From positions 6,050,270-6,114,269 of the forward strand of contig MU054212.1 in assembly GCA_013239625.1 (NCBI GenBank): 64,000 nucleotides of DNA, in the 5' to 3' direction. Both the position numbers and the translations under genes were made by a program. This document shows positions 1-13,481 of this stretch, piece after piece. Numbering within the stretch: the first letter of the stretch is position 1; every line of letters starts with the position of its first letter. Under the pieces are notes generated by a model. It saw only the letters and a program-made list of their open reading frames with translations. It searched no databases and was not told the DNA's origin. The stretch comes from Lama guanicoe (lineage: Eukaryota).

Positions 1-740
1 TTCAAATACTTGGAACACTAGGTGACATCCAATGAAACAAAACGCAAATGAAGTTACCGGCATTAACTTGGCTTTTAGACTTGAAAGCAAAGAACCTGAG
101 AAAAGATTTTTAAACAGACTCAGAACTACAGAATTTCTCTTAATGGAATACTGTATTTCATAGTAAAATCTCTACACTTCACAATTTCCTGCTTTATAAA
201 CTATATTATATAGATGATAAGATTCAAGTTAGTTATTAAATATTAATAAATATACAGATTTTCCCCCTTAGACATGAACTTTTTCTGGTAAACCACTGTT
301 CACATAGTTATCTCATTAACCTCTAGTGCTTGGTAAGTTTTATTTACTCCTTCAGTGCTCCTATACAAAATTATTAATAACAAATATAATAAAACTATAA
401 CCTTAATGTAATTTAAGAGTCCTGATGATGTTTCTAAGGATTTCAATTTATTAAAAAAAGACATGACCGAAAAAACAACTGAAGTCCTAAAAGGTAAAAT
501 TCAACCATGCGGGAAGCATAGTGTCTCCAAAATTCATACTTGTTCTAGAATTACTGGACTTTTGGTGTTCTGGGATATTTCCAAATAGCTGCTTCCTCAA
601 AAGACAGTACAAAGAGTGAGCCAGATGAAGGCAAATGATAAGAGAAATACAAAAGTGTAAGTATATTAGGAATCATCAAGGGGAAAAGCACAAAGAAGAA
701 ATAATACCAGTAACAGCACACAACTACAGGAAATTTGGGC

Positions 741-1050
741 CAGTATTTTTCAAAGCAGGTCCCCAAATCACCTCTTCAGATTACTTGCAGGGCTAATGAA
801 AATGCGTATTCCCAAACTCTACCCAAAGTATCATGAACCAGAGTTCTAGAGGTGGGGAGGCAAATCTTTCATTTTTACAAAAATTTTCTAGATAAAAAAT
901 AGAGTATGAGACTGATAACCGCAACATCACCTGGGTGCTTTAGCATTAGAACCCCAAGTCTCATCCAGTTCCACTGACTGACAATTAGCATTTTAACAAG
1001 ACCCCTGCAATGTGACATGCACATGATTTCAAAGTTTGAAAACCGCTTTC
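741..1050 (+). mobile_element. MER5-like hAT-Charlie remnants
   Basis: CAGTATTTTTCAAAG..ATCACCTGGGTGCTT..TTTTAACAAG..AAAGTTTGAAAACCGCT. Confidence 0.6.
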
Positions 1051-1493
1051 CAGGTGGTTCTAACATGCAATTAATTAGAGAGTTATCACTACCCTAGACA
1101 ATACATTTAAAATTATAAAACAGCTTACTATTTGGGTCTCAGAACCACAATATTCCAAAATCCAGAGGATTATCATCTGTATGATCCACTGTGACTGTCT
1201 TTCCAAATAAACAGGTTCCTTCCTGTAATCCTGTTTCTTTTTGTAATCCCAAGGACTACACTTATCTCATGAGTATCTTACCATCTCAAAAGAAATAACT
1301 AATTAAAATGGTACACTCCACGTGGCATTTTTGTTTGCTCTGGAGCACAAGGACAAGTCGCAAAACCCAACAAAGCTAGCACGCATATCCACCAAAGAAC
1401 GTGGGGATTAATAAGCTATGGTTTCGCCAAAATAGTCAAGATATTCCAGAATTGTGACTTAAAAATCAAACACTACTGTGTTTATTTGCATAC

Positions 1494-1552
1494 CTGTTCG
1501 CTTCCAAAGATGATATCTGCAAAGGTGTATCTTTCTGAGGACTGTGAAGCAA
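1494..1552 (-). CDS. TRAPPC8: TRAPPC8 exon 24 (VASQSSERYTFADIIFGSEQ); gene continues beyond the window
   Basis: TTTTAG| acceptor after a 90-nt intron, CAG|GTATGC donor, 59 nt; cumulative CDS 3558 nt. Confidence 0.93.
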
Positions 1553-1642
1553 CTAAAAAACAAGGGAAAACAAACTAATCATATCACTGGCATGAAATAT
1601 AAAGTGAATCATTTAAGAAAGGGTGACAGTAAATGAAGTTAC

Positions 1643-1708
1643 CTTCTTCCTTACATCGTATTGCCTTGAAGCAAAACTTCCCCTTCTCTCTGCTGGCGAG
1701 TTTGGCAT
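1643..1708 (-). CDS. TRAPPC8: TRAPPC8 exon 23 (DAKLASREKGKFCFKAIRCKEE)
   Basis: TCCTAG| acceptor, AAG|GTAACT donor, 66 nt. Confidence 0.94.
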
Positions 1709-2951
1709 CTAGGAAGAGAAAAGAGATAATTTCAAAGATCTTTCTCAGTTTATAACATAGTAAAGCATAATTCATTATTCGGACTTCTTCAGTCCAACTG
1801 GAAAATATTTCATAATTATAAACAATGTTTAAAGGAAAACATCTTTGCTTTCATCTCAAGGAAGCAAATCTCATTCAGTTCTTTAAAAGGATAAGATTAA
1901 ATTTTCTTGAAATACATGTTCATATGTGCATACATACTCATACATACGTATGACATTACAGGTAAACAGAAAGTTTGAAAAATTAGAACTCGGGAGCCAG
2001 AGTCCACAACTCCACCACTCTATCATAGTTTCCTCCCTTCCTTCAGTATTTCACATAGGCTGTTTATACCAATATTATCACATGCACATACTTTGCTATG
2101 ATGCGTTTTCCTGCTATTGCAGACACATTTTAAAAGCTAATAGATTTTTAATGACCACAAAATAATGTGAATTGTAGCATAATTCACATAAAAGCTACAT
2201 TGTTTTTCCCTATTAAACATACTCTTGCAATAAACTGCTCTGAATATATGGATCTTCTCTTATTTTCAATTAATTCCCTTGTACAAATTCCAAAAATAAG
2301 GATTGCTGTGAGGCTAGGTAAGGGTTTGAACTTTTTTTTCAATCTTTTAAGATGCATCATACATTTCTTTCCAGAAGGAGTAAACACCATTTTTCCAGCT
2401 TAAATCCACTCTTGCAAGCACTAGACACCCTCATTACTGGCAGGATCATAAACTGATAGAAATACTTTGGAAAACAATTTAACAGTATGCATCACGAGAG
2501 TGCATGTTCTTTTGTTTGAACATCACAGGGGTATAGAAATCCACAGAAAAGCCAGTCAACATACAAGTATGGTTATACACATAAAAACTAGCTTACCAAT
2601 AGCAAAGAGAAATTTTCAGTTCTAGTCTATATGTTTCTGTACTATTAGAAGTTTTGACAGTAACTATGTATTTAGTGAATCTGCAGTGTATTCACTGATT
2701 CTTATTCAATTTTTTAAAAAAGAAAAAATACACAAATAGAAAAGATGTGGAATAAAAAGATGGGAAACACTTGATTAAGATGGATAATTTGATTTACAGC
2801 CATGTAAAGCAATGAAAGCACATTTTAATGCTTTAAAAAGTTAATTGTAAGAAAAGCACCAACAATCTTATGATATGGCAGTACTGTTCTGGGAAAAAAT
2901 CAACCAATGAAGGTATCAGAATTTATTATGAAGAAGGAAGAAGGCACAAAC

Positions 2952-3048
2952 CTTTGTTTTCAGAGAGATTTACAGATTTCTGCAACTTCCAGTGTTTGCT
3001 ACTGCTTGATACTTGTACTATATGGAACTCCTTAACACCTGCTTCACT
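2952..3048 (-). CDS. TRAPPC8: TRAPPC8 exon 22 (SEAGVKEFHIVQVSSSSKHWKLQKSVNLSENK)
   Basis: TGATAG| acceptor, AAG|GTTTGT donor, 97 nt. Confidence 0.94.
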
Positions 3049-4338
3049 CTATCAAAAAGAAATAAAAGAATCCTTCAGGATTCAGAAGCACTAACTTAGA
3101 ATATTCTAATGAGAATGATATTCAGACATTACTATCAAAGTCAGTATCAATTACCATAAGATAAAATTTTTATTTCGAAATAAATTAACAATATATGTTA
3201 ATATATTTTAGAAATATGTTATTTAAATATCTCTATAAACATTTTTAAAACAGGTTAAGTCATCATTTTACCCAAGAGATATATTTAATTATAATGCACT
3301 CTCAGTGGCAAATTTTTAAATACAGAAAGGCATTTAGTTATTAGAATCTATCATAATGAGTTATTGGTAGTATTTTAAAATATCAAAAATTATTCGTTGA
3401 CAATTTTTAATCAAAACTACAGCAATTTCTTTTTATTTCTTCTGATCTTTCTATCACATTCCCATTAAGGCAAAATACAAACAACAAAAAATAGAATCTC
3501 AATATACAGCCAACATACATAAAGTGATTTAATTTGCATGTAATTTTTTATTCTCCTGAATAAGAGCTAATTTGAATTATTAAAATGTTCTTACTCTTAC
3601 AAATACTGATTTTGGGGGTAAGATCAGCAAAGTATGACTACACTGACCCTAAATATCCTAAAAAGTGATGCCACAAATTTATGAAGGTAAAAGAAAAGGA
3701 CATTACAGAATTAATGAGTAACATTTCAAATAGGTATCTAAACTGAGTCAATCTGAAGCTAAGATCCTACTTTAATAAGATCACATCCCCTTCTTCAAGA
3801 ATATTCATTTTGATATGTAGAGTACATAAACAGGAATGGTCAAATGTTTGAAATGCTTTATATAAAGGAAATGGTACTGCCAGAAATGTACAAGTGAAGG
3901 GTTAACAAGTTGATACTGAATATGAAATCCTAACAGAACTACGTAAACTGAATTACATCAAAATACTATTCTCCAGATGAAACTGATGAGAAAGCAATTG
4001 GAAGTAAAGCTTCATCTTTGTTTTAAAAAAAAAAAAAAAGACTAATTCTCAATGGTGAGACTAGAAAGCACTTTATGAGATCTCTTTGGGTTGAATTATT
4101 GGCATACAAGGCTGTATACTACATAATTATGTACCATGTTAATACCACTAGATCCTTTTATTTGAAGGACTGAGGGATAAAATTACAAAGCAAACTGAGA
4201 ATTAAGATGTTTTCACATTCTATTCTATATGAACATTGCTAAATTATGCTGTCTTGTGAAGGAAAAAGATCCATTACTAAAAATAGAGGACACACTTGAA
4301 TATAATTAAAAACAAAATTTAGTTTTAAGCCAACTTAC

Positions 4339-4486
4339 AGTATTGGTATTTTCCACATCCACAAAGACTAGCATATTTCCTCCTCTGCCCTCCTCATCTT
4401 CAAGAGAATTACTTCTGCAGACAGTGGCACGTACATTCAAAGATCGGCTGGTACAAATGACTGCAGTGTGTCTTAATATTCTGTGA
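4339..4486 (-). CDS. TRAPPC8: TRAPPC8 exon 21 (HRILRHTAVICTSRSLNVRATVCRSNSLEDEEGRGGNMLVFVDVENTNT)
   Basis: CTTTAG| acceptor, ACT|GTAAGT donor, 148 nt. Confidence 0.95.
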
Positions 4487-5787
4487 CTAAAGAAGTAAAA
4501 ATTACAAATTTAATCTAAGAACCTCCTCCTGTGTTATGATTCCCTAATTCCAAATAATGCTTTTAAAACCTATTCATTTTCAGGACCATTTATACTCTTA
4601 AAAAAAAAAAGGATAAATACAACAAGGTAAAATTATCTACTTAGCCTAACTTTAGTTCAATTCTTTATTCTTGATTTCAAAGAAAACTACTAGTCTCCTT
4701 GACTTTTTCTCTGCTCATCAAACTCACCCACATGAAAATAATCATTATATTCTTATGTCTTGATTATGCCTCTTCTCTGATAGTAGTTCCAAAGTTACAG
4801 AATGCCTAACAAGTAAATTTCAAACTTCCACCTGGCATTTCAGGTTCTCCATAACAGAATTTTACAATTCAACGTTTATTCCCCTTTTATACATGTTTTA
4901 CACTGCAGGCAAACGAAATATATTCAGTTTCTATTCCCTAACTTGCAAATTTCCATTCACATAATACCATTACTCCCTGGAACACCCAATACTCTCTTGT
5001 CTATCCCCCTTGATACCCAAATTCTGAAATCTTTACTTTCTTTGGAAGCTCATTTCACCACTACTACATTCCACAAAGCCCTTCTATGTTGCTTTGGCCA
5101 GAGAACTCTTCATTATCTTCCTAAGGGCAATTAACATTTACTGAGGACCTAAAATGGACTAGTCCTTACAAATACTATATCATTTTGTTCTCACAGTAAG
5201 TCTTATATGATTTTTAAATATTTCATTAAGTTTTAAAATGTAGCACAATTATTCCTGGCTAATGTGGTAAAACTGACAACGGCACTGTCACAAAATATTC
5301 TATTGTGCAATATACAGGATACAGATCCTTGTTTAAGTCAGTTAGATTTGCTTTGTTCCGATATCCCCATAACAGCACCCAAAACACCATCCAAATCATC
5401 TGTTCTGCAAATACATATATTTGGGGAGGCAGGGAAAAGGAAAAATAAAACAAAATAAATTTCTTTAAAAAGGATGGCTGCAGGCAAGTTGCCTTCCTAT
5501 ACAAATGGAATCCTATTTTAATACACTGTACCTATAAATTTCATTATTATGGGATAATGTTGGCTGTAGTACTAAGTTGTATCAAAGAATCATGAAGTTT
5601 ATAGAAAGAAGCATGAGAATGATTAATATAGCTTAATTATTCCTCTTTTGGCTATTCATGCATAATTTGGAAGAGGGTAATTTCTTTGTAAATAATGACA
5701 TATGTTAACAAATACCAAAATGTTTATTTGAATACATATACTGATATATAATATATATTTAAAACTAAAAAGTTTTATAATACTCAC

Positions 5788-6230
5788 CGTATTTTAGGCT
5801 GCTTTTTAACACTTTCATAGTAAAACAAAAAGTTAATTTCATGGACACCCTCTTCATCCGGCCCACGTAACCACATCGGTAGCTGAACTGAAGCTCCAGG
5901 CAGAAGAACAGTGTCGGGAAGGGGAACGGGGATCACCTCTGGCTGACTTCCTGTGCCAATGCCAAAGTCTACAGAAGAAGCTGACGATGTGAGTGCTGTG
6001 CACACAGAGGTAGAATCTGTCACAACAGTCTTGTAAGCACTACAGTTCTCAGAAGCAGAGGGACTTAGCGGTGTTAGAACAGCTGTGTTACCACCAAAAG
6101 TAAAAAACTCTGGACGTTTAGAAACAACCTTCAATCCAGTAAGAGGACATTTGCTGACATTGACAAATTCTACATATGCTTTTCGGATTTCTCCACAGAG
6201 GAGCCCTGTAGGAAAATGTATAAAGAACAC
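5788..6230 (-). CDS. TRAPPC8: TRAPPC8 exon 20 (VFFIHFPTGLLCGEIRKAYVEF...YESVKKQPKIR)
   Basis: ATGCAG| acceptor, CG|GTGAGT donor, 443 nt; matches ORF 5784..6236. Confidence 0.97.
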
Positions 6231-9200
6231 CTGCATTGGAGGGAAAAAATATTATTATATTGTCTGTTAAAAATTCTGAACCCCTAATGAATAACACTTG
6301 AATTCTTTACCACAGGTTTACAAGTATTTTATTAATTCTCTTTGATATCTCCCTGACTGTGTGGCAATTAAGACCTCCATTTTAAAAAAGATGAGACGGA
6401 GACCAATGTTACTCAGTAGCAGATTTCAGTTATGGATTAAAGACACAATGTCAATAACTAAGGGGTTATTGGCCAAACTTTCACGACTGTGTAGGTTATG
6501 GACAAAAGAAGTTACAAGTAATTTAACATGACTACATGATTAAGTAATGATCAGCTGAAAACCCCCTAACCCTGTGAGCTTAAAAAGTAGCTCAACTATC
6601 TGTTTATACATCATTAAAATGAAAAGATGAACAATAGCTTGTAAAAAGGAAGAACATACACATGTATGATTCCATAATTTTAAAACCCAACAGCTCCAAA
6701 CACCCTCAGGCTTTTAGTAACCTATGTGGGAGCAAAACCTGATCCAACTAACGGAGGCTCTTAATAGCTTTTCCCATTCACTGTGACATTCACATGGTTT
6801 ACTCAAGCCATATAAATGTGCTTGATTACCAGGTGCTGCCACAAACCCAGCAGAGTCATACAACACACATGCACATGTACAATTTCTAAAAATTAAAAAA
6901 ACTGACTTCCAACACATGCCTGCCCTCACGATTTCAAGTAAGGGATTATGGACCTGTACTAAAGAGCCAGAAAATATGGTCTAACAAAATTATTCAGCAG
7001 GTTACTTGCTTTTAAAAGATCCACGAGTATAAATGTCAGAAGTACACTGACAGAATCTAAGAAAGGAGGAATTATAAAGGTAACAGTATGAGGAATAAAG
7101 TTACAGCTGGCTGTCCCAAAGGAGTTCTGAAAGTCCAGTGGAAATATCTGTGCCTTTTAATCTAAGTTTCAGTGGGACTTCATTACGGCCATACTCTTAA
7201 GGAGTATGGGGAAATCAGAAGCTTTAAAAATGGATGTGAGAAAACAAGGGATTAATGTAGAAATCCAAAACACAGATTAAGAAGACAGGAAAAAATTAAG
7301 CATAGCATTATTTTGAAGACAATGACAATGTACTAATTCAATCAGCCAGTGTCAAATAAGCTAAAATTTGTGAGGGAGTATCAATTTTGAGTTGTTACAT
7401 CAAAAACAACTATATGAGTAACAAGTGAAATAGAGTACTGTAAGTCACTAAAACACACACGGACACCTGGACACCACCAAGAAGGCCACAGCACTGGTAG
7501 AACAGGAAGGATGACAGGGTAAGACCAGTGGTACCACACCATTTATAGGATACTGTGTAATTGATCTTCAGAATAAAGGTTCCACTAAATATACTATGAA
7601 GAACTAGTATATCTGATCTGGCCTTTACTTCAAATGCATTGTTGCTACAAGTCCTTTTAGACAGTTGATGTTTCAGACAGCTTCAAATTTAAATGGAAGA
7701 TGGACCAAGAACCAGGAATCGCACTTCTACCAACTTTCCTAAAGATGTATGTATAATAGGCATATACATAATGTATAAAACTGTATGCATAAGGTTACTC
7801 ATGGTTTTATCTGTAACAGCAAGTGACTGGACACAAGTGATAGACACAAGTGTCTATCACACCAAGTCTCGCTGAATAAACTACATATACACGACATACT
7901 GCCCATGCGGTGGGAACCTGAAGGGGCCTACTCTTCTCTCTGCTTTTCTATGTTAAAATGTTTCTTAACAAAAAGTAAAAAAATTAATAAGAAAAAGTTT
8001 TGGAATAACACCATTTTCCCCAAGAGAACTTAAAATAATTCAAGTAAGTAGATACAGCTCCTAGCTCACTGTCTGCTTTCAGTATGCTACACACGATAGT
8101 AACACGTGACACTTCAATTTTCATCTTTTCTCAATGAGCTTCAGTAGTTTTCACCTCACTCTTATTTTGATAAATATATAGTAAGAGATTATTCCTTTAG
8201 ATGTTGTAGATTGCGAACTTCTTTCACTACTCCCTTAAACACTTCAAATTCTGTAAAACATTTCTGACATAAGCTATTAGGAATGGAAATAGTCTATGAT
8301 TTTTTTTTACTAATATTAATGTTTACTATTGTTTATCCAAATATAAAAGAAGGTCTCTTAAATGACCTCCATCATACCATGTTTATTGGATTAACCAATT
8401 TCTCTAGTATTTTGGTAGAAAACATTAAATAATGTTTACGGAATTGAACATTAGTAACTTTTCGCTTTCTACTACCCATCTACTTCTCCTTCAAGGTAGG
8501 CCAGATTTCTCACCTAGAAACTTGAAGTTTGTAATAAAAGTGGCACAAAGACCAGAAGTTGTTAGACTAAGGTCATATAAAAAGCAACGCTTTCTAAAGG
8601 CTTTACAAACGTTTGCTGCCACAATTCCCTGGAGCTGCTGAGTCCTCATTGTTCCTTAAGACTTACTGTTCTATGATACTTTAGCTTCCATGAGATATTC
8701 CAAAATCCCTCAACTAAATAATATACCTTCTCTTTTTTTGTTTATTCCAGCTAGGATCAGTTTCCATCTTTTGCAACTAAACGACATTTAATTCATATGG
8801 CATAAAAGTAGAACAGGTTGGGATATAAAGAAAGTAAAGGGAATGCTGCTTTTATCTATACATTTATCTATAGCACTTAAATTTTTACAAGAATTAATTC
8901 TTGTATTATTTTCATATCTTACCAAAAAAGAGCCACTGGTTTGAGTAACAATCAAAGTGTTCTTTTAGAAGTGTTTTCCCAACTTCCATTAGTATTTTGA
9001 GGATTCTGTCTTACAACCTGCCTGTGACTTAATGCCAATTTGCATGATTACCTTATCCTTGTGAGTTATATCTATTTAACACTAGCTTAATAAAGGTGCA
9101 GTTCAACATATCAAAAATCTCAGTCTAAAATTAATTTACCCAAAATATAATTTCACCTTATAGATAAATTAAGTCCATGAAATTTTTAAACGTGAAATAC

Positions 9201-9355
9201 CTCCAATAGTGGCATTTCCTCAGTGATTATGGGATCTAAACGTCGATCAGGACCATATTTAATAGACGTTTTCTCTTCTTTTGTGTTGTTAAGTCGCGGA
9301 CCTTGAATTTCTAAATCTTGTCTCCCTCTGACTGACATACTCAAGGAATGTTTTC
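9201..9355 (-). CDS. TRAPPC8: TRAPPC8 exon 19 (GKHSLSMSVRGRQDLEIQGPRLNNTKEEK...EEMPLLE)
   Basis: TTTAG| acceptor, GAG|GTATTT donor, 155 nt. Confidence 0.95.
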
Positions 9356-10872
9356 CTAAAATAAAATACAATCAATGCCCTAAAATAATGTGATACATTA
9401 ATTGACATCAACTTAGCTTGAATGTATGAATACTGTACATTTCAGATTATTTCTAGAAAAATTCTAGACAATTACTGATTAACATGGTTAATCAAAGAAT
9501 TAAGCATATTTTACTTTCATGCAGAACCACACCTGCTGCATGCTGCCCAATTTCTCATTATTATTAGGATTTACTTATTGTGCAAAAGGACTACCCATCA
9601 CTAAACAGGAAGTTTTTTGAAGCCTATATTGAATCCTAATGACTATTAACCAAAAAGATCTATCTGAGAGAATAGCTATGTTGGGACCAACAAATTGATT
9701 CAGGCTGAGAAAAGATCTATTTTCAAAGAAAAAAATTCCAAAACATTGAACAGGTCAACTTTTACTTTTACTCATATTCAAATGTATACACTAATTTGAA
9801 TTAATTCTGGATTATAAATAACTACATCTCAATAGATTACACTAAGAAAATTACAAGATAATATAGGTAGCTTTCTCAAAATTAAGCTCATTTAATATTC
9901 ATGTGAGATTTTTTTCCCAAAAGCTTCTACACACAGTGCAAGTAGGTGTTAAAAAAGTAGGGTAATACCTCTTCCCTGCAGAATACTTAGAGCCTTCAAT
10001 GTGCTGACGGTCACCATGATACTCCCAGACCAGATATATAATGTAGCATTCCCCATACCTCATTTGACCAAGAGCGCTATTAGCATTTTACATAATAATG
10101 AAACTACACTAAAATATAAAAATACTGCTTATAAGATACAATTTATTTTAATAGTTAATTCAGGGTCTCCTCTCACTAATGTCATAAAATACTACATAAA
10201 GTATTATACTAATGTATATATTTGGTACCTTAAATTAAGGAATTAGCTATATTTTACTGACATAACTTTGTGGTACCAGATTAAGATCCTAGGTATGTAC
10301 CAGCAGGAAAGGGACGAAGTTTCAAGCTTTTAACACTTAGCTAACATATTAAAATATTCAAAAATCAGCAAGATTATTTATAAAAGAAACTTGTCTAGTG
10401 TTTGTCAACCAAAAATTATATATACAGTACTAAAAATGCAGAATATCACACTCAAATTTATTATCAATTTTTTGTTTATAATTTTTGAATACTTATAGCT
10501 TCATTCCACTCCTGTATGCTTTTTAAAAAAATGCTCTATTGAATTATCCTGTATGTAGCCAAGTACAAATATCAAACTCAAGGTTAAAAGGACCAACAAA
10601 TTGACCAAGTGTTCTCAAAAGATTTCCCAGTATTAATAATCAGCTTTTTGTAAATGCTAAATTCAAGTCTACCAATGACTATTAACAAAGTTGTTCATTT
10701 TTGAAGTAATGACAGAGTTCATAATAATCCAAATTATTCATTATTCCATTTGATGAAATGTCTTCATTAAAGGTACATTAAACCTATTATTAAAATACCT
10801 CATTTTCATTCATTTTATTCTAAGGAGGTTTAATTATTAGCTTCTAATTGTTAAGCAATGCTATAGCTTTAC

Positions 10873-10999
10873 CTGTGTGACATCCAGGAAGAGCACCAAT
10901 GCCATCTACTGTCACAGAGCCCTGAATAGTGCCAAGATTATAAAGAACTCCCAGAATATGCAGTTCCCCTATGTGATGGGGAAAGAGCTTTAGCCTTGC
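10873..10999 (-). CDS. TRAPPC8: TRAPPC8 exon 18 (ARLKLFPHHIGELHILGVLYNLGTIQGSVTVDGIGALPGCHT)
   Basis: CCGCAG| acceptor, CAG|GTAAAG donor, 127 nt. Confidence 0.95.
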
Positions 11000-11488
11000 C
11001 TGCGGAGATATTTAAGTCACTCTTGTTATCTGCTTTCATAATATCTTAAGTAGTGCAATACCTAAATTCCGTAATCCTGCAGAAATACAAGCTCATGACC
11101 TAAATTTTTAAATTATCAATTCATTTCTCTTACTGGAAAGCATTTTTTTCAAAAGAAATTTTCTAAATTCAACAATTATAGGACTGAATCCTCATCAATA
11201 TTTTTAATAAAAATCAAAATATTCTTGTCAACCAAATATTATATGAAATTACCACACTTATCCAAGAAGAAAGCAAAAACTTTTCACAGGCCTTTTAGGA
11301 AATTAACAAACCAAAGACCACTGCAAACCTACTTTCCCAACCAATTTCCTCCTGCGCAATTCCAGTTTCCTAATTAAATTTTAGTCTGTAAGAAAACTGG
11401 AATATGAAACAAACTGAATAAAATGATTTTTTAAATGTTCCAATCTCACTTTTAGAAAGGCTTGACAGAAAAATAATAAAACAATTAC

Positions 11489-11563
11489 CACTTTAGATTC
11501 TTCACTATTAATTAAGAATTCTGAAATAACTTCAGTTCCAATCATTTCAGATTCACCTTTTAC
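11489..11563 (-). CDS. TRAPPC8: TRAPPC8 exon 17 (VKGESEMIGTEVISEFLINSEESKV)
   Basis: TTTCAG| acceptor, GTG|GTAATT donor, 75 nt. Confidence 0.93.
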
Positions 11564-12738
11564 CTGAAAAGTAAATTATTTTGTAAAATATACATTCTAA
11601 TGAATTCTACTCAGATTATTAACATTTTTATATATATCAATATTTAAGAACACTAGTAATAATTATAATTAGCATTTACTAGGTTTTTACCATGTGCTAG
11701 ACAATATGCAATGTGCTTTGTTTTCACACCTGGAGTAAAGTCATGTGTTAGCAGGCACTTGATATATTTTATTTTCATTTCATTCAGTCCAATTCAACTG
11801 CCGAAGATAAGTGATCTACTCAAAGTCACAGCCACCAAGAGGATAAAACCTCAAGACATAAAGTTCAGTTGCTCATTGTCAAAAATGGTCAAAATGGCCA
11901 TTTAACTTAATCCTACAATAAAAGCAATTTTTTTTTCATATTTTACCCCAGCCAGCCTTCTTTTCCAAATTGGCAAATTACACATAGAAAAAAGTAATGA
12001 CAGCTTAAACAGATCGGTAGACAATAAGAACTGTGAGAGACAGCAAAAGCGGCTTGTCTCTTCCAAATCAATGACATCTGTAAGAGACTATGGTCTCTGG
12101 TCATGTAACAAAGCAGAGCTAACTGGCTCACTTTGGGGGTAAACCTGACCCTTACAAACCCTGCTTTACTTTTATCATGAAATTAGTTATTTGACACAAG
12201 AAATAAAAATTATATTTCCTAAATTTCAGTTCAACGTCTTAGTCCATCACCAGTAGAAGCTCATGAAGAAAACCAAAGAGTCTGAAGTTCATAGAAAAAA
12301 ATGCAACTTCACTATATGCAACAAAATTTTTCACTTTACTTTAATAAACCTTCTTTAAAATCTAATTATCTTGAACAGATTAATAAACTTTAAAAACTAA
12401 TAAATCTTAAAAAAAACATTTCCAAGCGTGAACAAGTCATACTCTTCTCATTTGTATTCTAGGCATCCAAAAAACATTAGAAAAATTATCAAGGTTGCTA
12501 AAATTCAAGTCAGACTAGAGCTTGGGAAACCTCAATCTTTCAAAACTATTCACAGTGAGTAGAAATAATCACAAAATGTCTTCAGTGAATTTAACCAGCA
12601 ACAATTAAGACTTTTTGTAACTAGGGAAAATAAACATTAAAAAAGTACAGCTCAATGAACAGAAGTTGAAATGTTATTACAGCATCTGTTAAACTATTAC
12701 TGAAACATGCTTATCACAAATACCTTTTAACAACTTAC

Positions 12739-12869
12739 TAGTTCTTTAACTTCTTCATTATCCCTTCCACTGACATCTTTAGGTTGAAACTTCCAGAGCA
12801 ACGATAAATCAGTCAACAAAAGTGGAACCTTCAAAGGGTTTCTAAATGCCACTTCCACTGTTATTGGTT
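12739..12869 (-). CDS. TRAPPC8: TRAPPC8 exon 16 (EPITVEVAFRNPLKVPLLLTDLSLLWKFQPKDVSGRDNEEVKEL)
   Basis: TATAG| acceptor, CTA|GTAAGT donor, 131 nt. Confidence 0.95.
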
Positions 12870-13286
12870 CTATAAAAAAAAAAGCCCAAATTAATAACTT
12901 TAATAAGCCCTACACATCACCCTATGTTTCAATTCTCTGAACACACCTTGCTTTCATAGCTCTGCATTTCTGCCTAGACTGTCCTTTATCATCTTATAAA
13001 TGTCCATTCATTCAGGATCCAGTTTTAAAATGACCTTCTCCAGAAGATTTCCCCAATCTCTCTGTACTAAAAAATGTCATTCTCTCTTCTGTGTTCCAAA
13101 AGCACATTGCATATTCCTGTGTTAAACCCCCACTGCTTGGGTTTGTAAGTGCAGTTCACTAAATTATGAGTCCTCCATTTACTTTTGCATCCCCAGCTTC
13201 CAGTCATATCTGGCATACAAAAAAATTGTCTTGAATATGCCATAAGTAAAAGAAACAAGAAATGAATAAAAATTCAAGCATATCAC

Positions 13287-13481
13287 CTTCTACAACTGCA
13301 TGTGGAAATCTTGAATTATCGGAATAACTGTTCAAACAGTATTGCGTGGGATGGAAATTGGATGGAATCACTCCTCTGTTAACCACGGCCACAACTTGCT
13401 CCTCAAGTTCCCGCCACTGCTGAGAGGATTCAGAGTCATATTCCTGATCAAGACTTACATGGGTAGCTGCTTGCTTTTCTC
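13287..13481 (-). CDS. TRAPPC8: TRAPPC8 exon 15 (GEKQAATHVSLDQEYDSESSQQWRELEEQVV...RFPHAVVE)
   Basis: TTTAG| acceptor, AAG|GTGATA donor, 195 nt. Confidence 0.95.

Noticed and set aside
551..766. ORF ending ...PRTPKVQ as a further TRAPPC8 exon
   Set aside because: Does not match the expected continuation (IISSASPCADFF.. from recall) and lacks fitting splice sites
5315..5322. GTATCCTG as a second U12 donor
   Set aside because: Deviates from GTATCCTT, and no U12 branch site precedes the exon 21 acceptor
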